Source of the DNA: Seison nebaliae
Lineage: Eukaryota
DNA: 44,186 nucleotides
Direction: 5' to 3'
Assembly: GCA_023231475.1 (NCBI GenBank)
Contig: JALJEE010000502.1
Span: forward strand, 1 to 44,186
The position numbers and the translations under genes were made by a program. Shown in pieces: positions 11,158 through 23,189 of the stretch (within the stretch, counting starts at the first letter, position 1; each line of letters opens with the position of its first letter). The notes under the pieces were generated by a model, which saw nothing but the letters and a program-made list of their open reading frames with translations, ran no database searches and was not told the DNA's origin.

Positions 11158-12072
11158 TTAATATGTGTAAATGTTCTCACTTGAATATCCCAATTTTTCG
11201 AGATTTGGGAGACAAGCGAATTTGACCATTGGTGGCGGTCCACAAATCATAACGAGAGTGTCGTCACCTGGTGGTGGGAGATATTTCCTGATCATTTCCT
11301 CGTTAATAAATCCTTTGGCATATGGCCAATCGTCGTCATCGACTTCGTCGAGAGTATAAGAGACTTTAATCTGATTCTGATAATTCTCTGATAATGACAT
11401 CAATTCATTTCTTAGTAGGATATCCTTTTCGGTTTTGTTTGCAAATAATAATGATAATTTCGTTTGATCTTTATCACTATGTTTTGCAACATATCTCATT
11501 AATTGAAGCATTGGTGTCACACCTGTCCCACCTGCAATTAATGCCACATTTCGGAATGTTTTTGTTCGTTTCTGTTTCAATAGATTAAACGATCCATTTC
11601 CCATATATTCGATGAAACCATTTGGTCCTCGCACTTCGATACAATCTCCGATCTTTAACGAATCTAAATAGAGCGACATTTTTCCACCTTCTGGAAACTT
11701 TGGCGGTTCCTTCATATACGTCTTCACCATCACATTGAAATATCCTTTATTATCGTCGTTGGTAATAGGCGTATAAGCACGTACAACTAATTCTCCATTA
11801 ATTCGAGCGATAAGATTGATATGTTTTCCCACTGGCAATCCCAAACAATGTTCATCGGAAGGGAGAGCGAACGTGTAAATCCGAGTGTCATGATTCACCA
11901 CTTCTTTCCTTAACAACTTACATGGATATTTCATCTTTCGATCATTCAACATCACTTTACGATCTTCCTTTGATAAATGTTTCATCATAATGAATACTCC
12001 ACTACCGACAGCGACAACTGCTCCCAATCCACCCGCCACAATTCCAGCGATAGTTCCAGGACTCAAAGTCAT
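11158..12072 (-). CDS. CYB5R: NADH-cytochrome b5 reductase (CYB5R1/2/3 family), intronless
   Basis: N-terminal membrane anchor, then LGLPVGKHI, RAYTP, FPEGGKMS, RGPNG, IAGGTGVTPMLQ, LLFANKTEKDIL and CGPPPM. Confidence 0.95.
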   Translation of the reverse strand: MTLSPGTIAGIVAGGLGAVVAVGSGVFIMMKHLSKEDRKVMLNDRKMKYPCKLLRKEVVNHDTRIYTFALPSDEHCLGLPVGKHINLIARINGELVVRAYTPITNDDNKGYFNVMVKTYMKEPPKFPEGGKMSLYLDSLKIGDCIEVRGPNGFIEYMGNGSFNLLKQKRTKTFRNVALIAGGTGVTPMLQLMRYVAKHSDKDQTKLSLLFANKTEKDILLRNELMSLSENYQNQIKVSYTLDEVDDDDWPYAKGFINEEMIRKYLPPPGDDTLVMICGPPPMVKFACLPNLEKLGYSSENIYTY

Positions 12073-12109
12073 TTCTTTAAATTTCTAAAGAATAATGATA
12101 AATTTCCTC

Positions 12110-12119
12110 CTCACACGAG
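12110..12119 (+). promoter_or_regulatory. Candidate sterol regulatory element (CTCACACGAG, SRE-3 type)
   Basis: Matches the SRE-3 decamer I recall from the mammalian FPP synthase promoter. Lies ~38 bp upstream of the CYB5R ATG. Confidence 0.4.
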
Positions 12120-12285
12120 TGAATCATCACACAAAAAGAATTTTGTGAGACGACACAAATTTGGAGCAAGGAAAATAATTTTACATTCTAACACTTAGGC
12201 CTAGTTCCAGATCGAAAACATTGAGAATTGATCGATGAACTTTTATTGACAATATTTGTTTATCATTGAAAATTGTTTTTGTTTA

Positions 12286-13811
12286 TTAAAGAAGAAGAAG
12301 AAGAAAAGAAAAGAAAGAGAAGAAAATGAAGAAATTGATCGATAGTTTATTTCCATCACATTTGACCCGCGACGAAACGTCACACATCTTCAACTCTTCG
12401 TTGAAGCGATAGCCGATTGGACATGTCGTATAATTGAGTGTTCGCTCTTCTTTGCATACGTAATAATATTTGCACGCTGGTCGAAATTGATCGATGTAGT
12501 AGCCATCTATTTGATTCTCACATTTAGGTGTGAATGCACATAACGGCGAATGATCATAGTCACCTAAAATTGTGAGGGAAAAATTTAATTTTTTTCCAAT
12601 AAAAAAAGTTGGAGGAAACATGGCAGTTTGCAACTCTTCCTTATTCCACAATTGACCATTTGATAAATTTCACATTGCTTCGTCTCCACACTGAAGAGTT
12701 GAGGATATGGACAGATTCTCGATCTTAATTCGCCACTTACACATTCGAAATATTCGCAACATGATTCGGGATGAACGAATTTGAATCGTTGTCCAGTACT
12801 CGGACATTTGTGCTTACCTTTTAATTATGAAAGAATGATAGAATTTGAATTTAGATAAGGAATAAGAATAAATACAATCGACATTTTTCCTCCAATCACA
12901 TACTTCCCGAATTCGATCGTAGAAAAGACCGGATTCACATAAGAGAACCTGATCAATTCCACCGTTGCAGAAGTGATAAGCTGAACAGTCGTGTGGATCA
13001 GGAAAGAATTGTGCCACTCCCTCCGGACAATCGATTAAACCATAAACCTGTCCCACTTTGGGAGTCGTCCTCCATCCGGGTACGGCTACTTCGGTAGTGG
13101 TAAATGGATTTGGTGTAGTTGTCGGTGCCGATTTACCTTTTCTCAATAAATTAATCAATCGAATTTATTCAAATTAAAAACAAGTCGTTTCACTTGGCCA
13201 CACACAATTCTCCAACTCTTCCGAATACCAGAGACCGCCCATACATTGTAGTACCGTATGAACACCGGGAGCACAATAATGATAAACGGTACAACTGTAA
13301 GGATCCGTAAAAAATCCGTCAGCTTCCCATGGACATGTGAAATTTGTATTTATTTTAAGTGGAGTTTTCGTCGTCTTTTTGAGACGTGGTGGTCGAAATG
13401 TTTTTCTTGTGGGCCACAACGTCACTAAAAAGAGTGAAATAAGAGAATAGTTGAATGAGGGAAAGGAGAACCTCCTGCCAAATCATACGACATTGGACGA
13501 CGTCCTCTCTTACAATCAACTTTCTCATCCCAATCACACATTTGTCGCTGGGCGTTATATGCCAAATTCTCACCGCAACGTAATTCAGCCGCTTCACCAT
13601 TTGTACAAAGATAATAGACGACACAACTATAAGGATCAGGATAATATCCTTCGCCCGGACAATGAAAAGCAAATTGATCGAGAATATTTTTTCCTTCTCC
13701 GTTTGTGATTGGAGCAATAGTGGTATCACTTCCTTTCCGTTTTCCTAATGATATTATCGGTTTCACAATCCACAAGTAATTAATTAAGAGAATCAAATTA
13801 AAATTTCTCAT
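12286..13811 (-). CDS. Secreted chitin-binding protein with five peritrophin-A (CBM14/ChtBD2) domains, Thr/Pro linkers and a hydrophobic C-terminus; 5 exons
   Basis: Repeated C-x-G-Y/F-x-D-P-x-x-C-x-x-Y-x-x-C...C...L-x-Y/F...C-D-W...V-x-C units. Four GT-AG introns join ORFs 13425, 13174, 12814 and 12286 and an exon missing from the ORF track (KHKCPSTGQRFKFVHPESCCEYFEC). Confidence 0.9.
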
Positions 13812-14097
13812 TTCAAACTCCCCGACAATTAGAAGGATGGCTCGTTGTAATGATGATATGGGAAGATTTGGCGTCAGATTCTCATCATAAAATCGTTTAA
13901 GACAACAACTGGTGTAAAAGAGATTCGTTTAAGAATGTCATCAACGTATATAGAGACGTACAGATAGAAGACTGATCCGAATAAATAGAAAACAATCAGA
14001 TGAATGGGAAGAGAAGGAGATATTTATTGACATTTACTTTCATTCGAATTAGAAGAGACTGTTTCTACGATATTCCATTTCGACGAACATACATCGA

Positions 14098-14650
14098 TTA
14101 TTTACTTGAACTCTTATCTTCCTCTAATTCGCCACACCATAAGACGCGCCACTAGATTTCTCGATAAGTTGACGAACAGTTTCTTCCTCCAGATCATCGA
14201 GTTCCGTCGCGTAAACTTCGATGGCAAACGACTAAGGAGAATTAGGTAATTAAATTAACAGTAAATTTTCCAACTCTCACAATCTTCTTAATATTCGTCT
14301 TGTCGATATTCAAACGGATCTTCAATCTACCATTCACTTCACTGCCACACCATGAAATGAAAGCAAATTTGGATCGAACACTCAACTCGTCGCCCGTTTT
14401 CATGCGGATGTAAATGAAACATCTCAAATCTTCTTTCAGATTATTCAACATCTCACCATATTCTTCTCCACTCGTCAACAGTTTAATTAACGTTTTCTTC
14501 GTGTCTCCAATGTTCTCGTAGGTGAAGATCGCCCTTCAATTCAAATGAAAGAGAATTCCTAATTAATTCTAACCAAGTAATGTTCGATTTGTCATCGCGT
14601 ACGTTGTCATAAGCTAATTGGATTTCTTTTGTATTAATCTCACTCTCCAT
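14098..14650 (-). CDS. COTL1: Coactosin-like ADF-H actin-binding protein, 3 exons
   Basis: Spliced product MESGLIQKEIQLAYDNVRDDKSNITWAIFTY...RMKTGDELSVRSKFAFISWCG...SFAIEV...SSGASYG. Confidence 0.9.
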
Positions 14651-15947
14651 TTGTGATTGCCGATAGTTGCCGATACGATAACGAATGGAAAATGAACTGT
14701 TATTTACATAGAAGTTTAGATGATGATCCTTTATATTTCCCAGGAATAAAAAATGATTTTTCTACTTAACAATTCTATCCGATTTGTTTACATAATAAAT
14801 TCTTCATTTCTCTAGTTTTAACTTCATTCATCTTCTCTATTTAACTTCATTTAAAGGATCAATTCGTTCAATTCCCTATTTTCTATTCCATGTCCATTCA
14901 TTCATTCATTTATTTCGCTTCCCATATCTTAATCTAGTCATCTAATGACAAGACATATCTGATTAGCCATCATTTACAAATCTTAATAATTTCAATCGAC
15001 GATAAATCGAATAAAGCAAATTATAAATTTAAATTATAATTCGTTTCATTCTCAATCGAAATCTATTCGAACTTAATAAAATTGAAATAATCTGAAAAAA
15101 ATTAAAAAACAATTTTTTTATAATCTGAATGAAAATATTTCTAGTGGAAATATTTTATCGCTCTGAATGAGATTGACAAGTGAGTTTCAGAGTGAGATGT
15201 TGAATCAGATCTATATAGAATTATTCGGCAAAGGATGATAGTGAGGAAGAAAGTGAAGAAGAAGAAAATACATAAAAAGGACGGAAATGCGAAAATAAAT
15301 TTTAATTGGCATGGAAGTTAATAGATAAAGTTTGTGTTACTAGTTCATCTTCACGGTCGATAATGTGAAATTGATTAAATGGAATAGAGTACTTGAAATT
15401 TAATTGAGCTGAAAGATGTGTGTTGCAGAAGAAAGGTAGGAGGGGAGAGGATATGGGCGCGATTCACGGTGTCAGATTTTTATTTGATTGAGTGCATCTC
15501 TCCAATAAACTTCCATCAAAACGGTATTGAACGCGTAGATTCTTCTGTCTTCAACTCGTTTTTATTTGACAATTGATCTCCTGCTGTTGCAGTCGGTACT
15601 CAATGTTCCGTGCACATCCTCCATTGGCATGCTCTTCACTTACTCGCATGTCTATAAATGAATGAGAAAGGAAGATTGAAAGAACGAAATAATTTTTATC
15701 TGAACGTGTCTGTCGTTCACACTAAAATTTTATAGAAGGAAAGTAGATCTCCATTAAAAAAAGAAACGAGAGAAATATCAAAGTTTCTTCAACAAGTCAT
15801 TAATTTTATTGAAGATAGAAACTTGACTTTTTATGATCATCCTACTCCATCATTATCGTTGATAAGTCGTGTGTTATATTCTGAGCGAAATTGAATCGCA
15901 ACAAAATCTCCCTTCCTATTCTCAACTAACTACAAAGTCGGATTACG

Positions 15948-16502
15948 ATGAAACCGAATAAGAATAAAAGATCTTTCAAGTCAACTACTCCAACCGATTC
16001 GCCCACTCGCAAATCGACGAGGAAAAGACGAAGAATTCTCAATTCCGAACAACGATATGAAGCCACTATTCGTGAGAAGACGCGAATGAGGAAACTGAAC
16101 ACGACATTCGAACAATTGCGAAATATTTTACCAGAATTCTTCTTTGCTAATTGCTCCAAACATCGATTATCACGAGCGGAAACTCTCAAATTAGCTATCG
16201 ATTATATCGGATATATGAGACATCTCATACGTCATTGTGACAGTTGTTTCACTTGTCTAGTTGGAAATGGTGAGCAATGTGAAGAAGTTCATCAATTGAC
16301 ATTGTTCTTCTTTCCACAAACGTCACCTCGAACCAATTTTTTACCATTAACTCCCACCACTTTCCTTCAACCGTCAGAAACTCTTCATACACCTGAAAGT
16401 GACAGTGATCAATGTTCCTTCGATTTCTATCAATATTTCAATTCTCATCAATATCATCACTACGAACAACAACAATATACCGACAACTTTCTAGAACATT
16501 AA
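15948..16502 (+). CDS. Group A bHLH transcription factor, Fer3/PTF1-like
   Basis: QRYEATIREKTRMRKLNTTFEQLRNILP...RLSRAETLKLAIDYIGYM. The RLSRxETL..AI.YI..M helix is closest to the Fer3/Nato3/PTF1 group. Confidence 0.8.
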   Translation: MKPNKNKRSFKSTTPTDSPTRKSTRKRRRILNSEQRYEATIREKTRMRKLNTTFEQLRNILPEFFFANCSKHRLSRAETLKLAIDYIGYMRHLIRHCDSCFTCLVGNGEQCEEVHQLTLFFFPQTSPRTNFLPLTPTTFLQPSETLHTPESDSDQCSFDFYQYFNSHQYHHYEQQQYTDNFLEH

Positions 16503-16573
16503 TTAAATTATTCCATTAAATTATTTCTCTCTTTCAATAATTTTCCAATAAAATTTATTAACGAAAAAAAACT

Positions 16574-19500
16574 TTAATTCTTTAACAACAGTTCGTACCA
16601 AATTGAATCGTCACAGTTCTTTGTAAGAACAAAATAAAAATGTTTAAAAAATAAAAATATGAATAATTCCCAATTATTTTGAAGGAAAACATTTGACTGT
16701 TCCTCTAAAAAATCATTTGTGTCTCTCGTATATGGAGAGAATTAATTACATTTGGAAGATGGTTCGATTCTCGATTCGATAGATTCTAAAAGAAGAGAAA
16801 TTCATGAAACACATTTACAAAAGATTAACGTGTCACATTGCTTAATCGTATGTAAGCGATGAGTGATGATGATGATAGTCGAAGTGTGGAAATGTTTGAA
16901 TATGAAAGACAACAATTTGTTGCTCGTTTCACTCGACATATGAGACGTGGCTTCATCCAACAAGATGATTCGATTGTCTTCCAAAATTAACCTAGCTAGT
17001 GCCAATAGCTGAAGTTCGGCATGACTAAAGAACAACTAAAATTAATTGAATGATAAGTCAACACGAACGGTATGTTGATAGAGTTCGAATCGTCTAATTC
17101 ATAATTCAATTCTCCAGGTAAGCGTCGAATTAACGTATCGACTCCAGCGCTTTTCAATGACTAAAAATATTGTGAAGATTTTCCAGAGAGGAAGAGAAAA
17201 TAAACTTGCCAAATTTCGAGATCGGAGAAACGTTTATCCGGATCGAGATTCTCTCGAATACTTCCAAGAAATGTCTGATTTCCCTGACTTAATATGGAAA
17301 TATTTCGACGAAGAATCTTTATATCAATCTTCTTTATATCGACGTTATCGATGCAGATCTTTCCTTCCAATATTCGAATTAAACGAAACAAAGCCAAGAA
17401 TAGAGTACTTTTACCACCACCAGTCCGGCCAACTAAACACACCTTTTTTCCAGGTTCGATGTCGATACAAATATTTTCTATAATGGCTTGATCGCTCGAA
17501 TGGTAGCCGAGAGCAACGTTCTGGAAATGGATATGTCCATTCACCTGCCAATTCTCCCAATCTGTCGACGTCGACGAAGACGATCGATTAACATCATATA
17601 AATCATAATGATCAGTCGACTTATAAGATGACGATTGTTGTTCGTCGGTGAAAAGTTTCTGCACATGTCGATCGATAGAGAGAGAAAGAGAATTAATTGC
17701 TAAATTCAAAATTAGTAACCGTTTGAGAATCATCAGTCAATGCAATTGATTGGAGTGTTCTCTTCAAACTGCCCGATGGTTGTCGAACGCTGATATTGTC
17801 CATTCGCTTCTTCAGAACGTTACAAATCGATTTGAATCGTTTACCATGTGACGGTGTAGATTTTGATGGTATTCCGATGAAATTGAGAATTCGTTCAACC
17901 GCCACAAATATTAATTCGAGATCGACTAAAGTTCTCGTTCCTCGAGTGACGTTAGTAATGATCTAAAAACAGTAGATATAAACGATGGAATAATGAGAAT
18001 GATAACTTTCAATGCATAAGTTAGGACGAAAGCATAATAACCGGCAGTTAAATCACTACCGTCTGAGCAGAAGAATAAAAGCAGCGACACTAATAATATG
18101 ATGGCAGATCCTAATACTTCCAAACGAATAACCAGCCAACTTTCATTTGAGAAGAAAATGAATTTCGAGAGAGGTTAAAGAAGAATTATGTAAAGAATAA
18201 ACTAACCGATTTGTCGTCAATCGATAATATTGATAACTTTGATTGATGTTTAAAAAATTGTTTAATTGATTCGTCATCCACGCTGATAATCTCGATGCTT
18301 TGATCGGTATTAAACCATTAAGTGTGGTACAGAAATGATTATATATTCCTGTGCGACTGCCCGCTTCCAATCTCTTCAATTGGAGAATAATCGTCACACA
18401 AGTTCTCTAAAAAATGAAATTGAATGAGAATGAAAAAAAAGTGAATGTGCAAACTTCGATATAGAGGAAGAGAATGAGCATTAGAACCACAAAGAATATC
18501 ATATAAAAATTGGAATAACAAAGAACGAGAACGATGCCAATCATTTCAAATACAACGGTTAATGACGATGTGAATGCCGTTACCATACGCATATCACATT
18601 CCGTTATATCGTCACTAAATCGATTGAGAATACATCCTTTCGTTGTGATGGAGAATCGAGTGTACGACCATGAACTAATACAAAGTAGGAGATTATTATT
18701 CAATTTGTTTGATGCGAATAAGATTCCTACGCCTAGAATGATCCCGTAGAATAAGATGAGACTTGATTGGAAAATATTGAGAGAGGAATAAATGATCAAT
18801 CTGGAGAAGTTCGGTTCGGATTCATTCATCATTCTAGATTTGCTTCTCCATTTCGATAAGATCAAATTAGCAGAAACGGCACAAGTCATTTGAATGGTGT
18901 AGAGGAAAACGACCAAGAGAAGTAATCCATATCCGATATATTTCAAATAGGCACGAATATATGCCCAAGAAATCTTATCATAAGATAAATTTTCTTCACT
19001 TCTCAATTGTTCACATTTCTCGTCACTAATTCCATCGATATCGGAAAGAGTCATCGTTGATGAGACTGATAAAGAATTTGTGGAATCACTGTAACATCGT
19101 TCCAGAATATATGCTTCACTCAATTCACTATTATCTGGAGAAGGAAGTATATAAGAATCATTAATGAAAACCATTTAATGGAACTAGTGGATCGTCTTCT
19201 TGTGTTTTGATAACCGTCGATCATTTGATCAAGATCAATCGTGTTCAATCTCATTGCACTCTTCAAATCCTGCATGTTCACATTGATCGATTTCGTCGAA
19301 TGCTTCTCATTCTCTGTGATATAATTGAGAATTTTCGATTCGACTTTCGCCTCTTTCAAATTCTCATAATTTCCTTGTTCGATGATTCGTCCGTCACTCA
19401 TCAGAATAATATTATCGACGAATGGTAAGAGAAATAATTCGTTCATTGTCATAATGACAATCTGAGAGAAAATGATAGAATTGATTTACTGAATCAAATT

Positions 19501-22500
19501 GAAACTTTTTCTTTGAGAAATTCATTTCGTGTTAACTGATGGAAGACGGAAAGAAATAATCGTTTCGTCACATTACAATCGAGAGCTGAGAAAGGCATGT
19601 CGAGAACTATCAAATTACTATGTTCGTCGTACAATGCTCTCGCTATCGATAATCGTTGTTTTTGACCACCAGATAATTTCATTCCTAAAATCATCATTTT
19701 CATTACCATATCATTCAATTAAAAGACAGAACCTTCTTCGCCACAAATTGTTTTATCCGCTAACGGTAATTCATCCAGATCATTATCAAGACAACAGACT
19801 TGAATAATTCTCCAGAATTTCGATTCGTTCCATTTATTGTTCATGATGATATTCTCCCTAATTGTGCCGTTCATTGTCCAACTAATTTCGGGGAGGAAAG
19901 ACGATAATCTCATATCAGTTTTCTTCCCAAAAGTCCCATGTTTCTTTCGATAGAATCCAGCTAACGCGTTCAATAATTCTCGTCGACCGCCATTATTATC
20001 TCCAATGATAGCGATAACGGAATTTTTTTGGAATTGAAGTGAAATATTCCTTAGAATGTAATCGTTCGACTGGAATTCACAGAAATAACAATTCTTCATG
20101 AAAATATCAGCTTTAACATCTGGTGATGGGATGACGATAAAATCAGGAAATGTTACTAAATAGAAGTTCGAACTGTTGGGAATTGTATCAAATTCTTTCT
20201 TGATCGTCTTCATATTTTGTTCAGAATTATTAAGAAATTTTATTATGCGCAAAAACGATGCCTTTCCCTAAACCATCCGAACATTTGCCAATTTAACAAA
20301 ATAATATTATTCTAACTTGTACATATGTCTGTATAATTTCAGTTATTCCCGATAATTTCGTTTGGAGAATGTTTAACAACGATAAAGTAACGAACAATTT
20401 CTCTACAGTCAAATCTGCTCCTTCACTTATTACCAAATACAAAAAGAAGAGTAAAATACTGAGGATTTGAGGTAGCGACGTCCAGAGCAGATCGATGACA
20501 ACACTATAATAAGTCACTGGAAATAAGTGAGAGAATTTGAGAATGAAATTGGGAAATAGAAGAAAAACTTTTTTTCAAATAAGAGAATTCTTCTCGCCGA
20601 GCTGTTCGCACCTTCTTTATTAACATCGCCTCCCAAACATTCATTTTGATTAACTGTTTTCATAAGAAACGATGTGAAAGTGTCAAGAAAATGGTTTAAT
20701 GGAGGAGGATTTTGAGGAAACTTTAATTCTTGAAATGAAATCGTTGATTAAATGTAAACGTCGACCGCGCCAATACATTTGATGGTTCTGAGCATTCTCC
20801 ATTCGTTTCATCAAGAAAATAGTCAGGGGAAAATGGAAGAAGGGAATGATGAAGACGACCAACGCCACACTACCCAGTAACTGCGAGAAAATTTGAATTG
20901 GAATTTTGGAAGGAAAAAGAACTTTATATAAAAATATGAAAACGATCATTAGAGAAAGGAGAAGGGAAATGAAGGAGAAGAGGCTGAATAAAGCTCTCGC
21001 CGAAAATAGAGAATCCACACTCATCAAAGTGAGAATATTGCCACTCGATGTATCATTCGGTTTCTCTTCTTTTGAATTGTTTATGTAAATCTTTTTTATT
21101 TTCGAATTACTCTCGATCTGTTGATTGGATATCGTCGTTTTTGGTGGGAGAACTAAAGTTTTTTTATAAATCAATTTCGTCAATAACATTTTCACTTGGA
21201 GAATGAGCTGTTAATAAATAGAATAAGAATGAAAGAAATTAAAATGAAAAGTAGAAACTTCAGAACTATATTGAATGAAATGTTGAAATAATAAAGAGGA
21301 GAAGATGTTGGTGAAGAATAAGAGAAGACAAAGATCAATAATTCGTCGACGATAAAATCGAGTAGTTACATATTTCGGTTGTATCTGCGTTTCAGCTTCA
21401 TCATTCTTGTAACCGAAAGGTAAAGTTCCTTTCATTGTGTCGAGAACTCGTTTCAATTCACCAAATATTCCAATCGAATATTCGGGTAGATCACTAAGAG
21501 TATTATCGTGCTCCATGTTATACTTCTCTCGAATTAATTCCAATAGAGCTTTGAGGATTACAGGAACGAAGAAATTGATGATATCCTGGAAAAGATGGTT
21601 AGTTGTTTGGAGTGAAATCGAGACTAAACTCCCATAATTTTGAGAAGAATTACACAGATGAATCGAGTAGGAAAAGTTTTGAGAATTATTATACTCAACG
21701 ACGTCCGTGTACTCATTTCTCGATTTGAATTCTTTCTCACGTTGTCGAATCGACCGAAAATGTAATTGGCATTCAAATATTTCACTTGTAACCGTAATTT
21801 CTCGTCATACAACCGTTTTAATCGGCCTAATTTAATAATGCTAATAAAAGGGAAATGAAATTTCGTTTCCGAAGAATTTTCCAAACCGATTGACGACTTG
21901 AAAAGAGATTTGAGAGAAGATGGAAGAGATATGTTGCCGACTAAAGTAGTGGAGTGAACCGACTGCCGTATTTTTCGAAGTGTAGTCACTTAAAGTGCCG
22001 AACATTTCTTCGCGTCTTGTTAACGACGCCGAACTTAACGTATTCGACGAATTCGATTTTGACGTCGTCGCTGATGACGCAACTGATTCGGGTAGTGTAG
22101 GAGAATTATCTAAATTCTCATATGATGACTTTTTTAAGATCCAACGACGTGCCATTTCGAACATCTTCTTCAACTTATTCAAAGGATCGTTGATGTCAGT
22201 CGTTTTGGTCAATGGAAAGAAGAATTGGGTGACGAAGAGGAAAACTTGGAGGGAAGTGGAAATGAGAAGGAAGAATTGTAATAATTTCTTTTGACTAATC
22301 ATTCGTATTAGAAGCGACGTATTCAATCGATATTTCCTATGATCAATCTCAAAATGATGTTTGGTCAATTTAAACTTGTCACAATAATAACTACCTTCAT
22401 TGAGATAATTCGTATAATTTTGTAATAAGGTGTCGATGGGAAGATAATTATCTTTCATCCACGACTGCCATTTCTCCGTCAGATAAATGGAAACGATACT

Positions 22501-23189
22501 AGCGAGAAACCAGTAGATACTGGAGAATGCGTAAGGATTGGGAAACTTCTTATGTAATTTAGATGCGAGCAAATTCTCTGAAATCCTTTTTTCAAATGAT
22601 TGAATCTTTTGGATTAATTCTCCGTTATCTGTTTCGGAAATAGGTGGTGCTTGTGATGTTGCACGTTTCGATAATCGATAAGCATAATAAGTGATGACAA
22701 AGAGGAAGAAGAATTCGATAATTCTCAACAAGTAAATGAGGAAGTAGATGAGATAATTCTGCGTTATCTCAATCTGAACGAATGACGTTTCGTTATAGAC
22801 ATCATAAAAGATTTGTTGCACTAATTTCGAATCTTCACACATTGAACTATTCCATTTCCATCGATGATGTATATGATTGTAATGATGATCCTCTTTCTTG
22901 ATTACATAATATGCTTGAGACAAGTGCACGTATGACCAGACGTAAATACATACGATTAATGTGCACGTCATCAACCCGAAATTGATGAACTAGAAATAAT
23001 GGTGAATTGGATGGTGTGATGAAGAGGAATTTAGTTAACTAATTCTAATCGGAATTTACTTCGACGAACGTTCTTCCATTGGAGACATGTCAACGGGGTA
23101 CCGAGGAAATGCCAGATGGGAAATACGACCACCAAATAAATGGTTGGAACGGCATAAAAAATGAAATTCATGTCCATGATGAAACTCAT
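16574..23189 (-). CDS. ABC transporter subfamily C (MRP/SUR-like, with TMD0-type N-terminus), at least 17 micro-introns; 3' exons uncertain
   Basis: Lasso-like [18 protein letters not shown] and [13 protein letters not shown]1 [11 protein letters not shown] and [25 protein letters not shown]2 [24 protein letters not shown] and VAVERI. NBD2 [26 protein letters not shown] and ITHRL. Confidence 0.9.

Noticed and set aside
16574..23189. ABCC fragments as a frameshifted pseudogene or as several genes
   Set aside because: Every break up to the NBD2 H-loop is bridged in frame by a short GT-AG intron.
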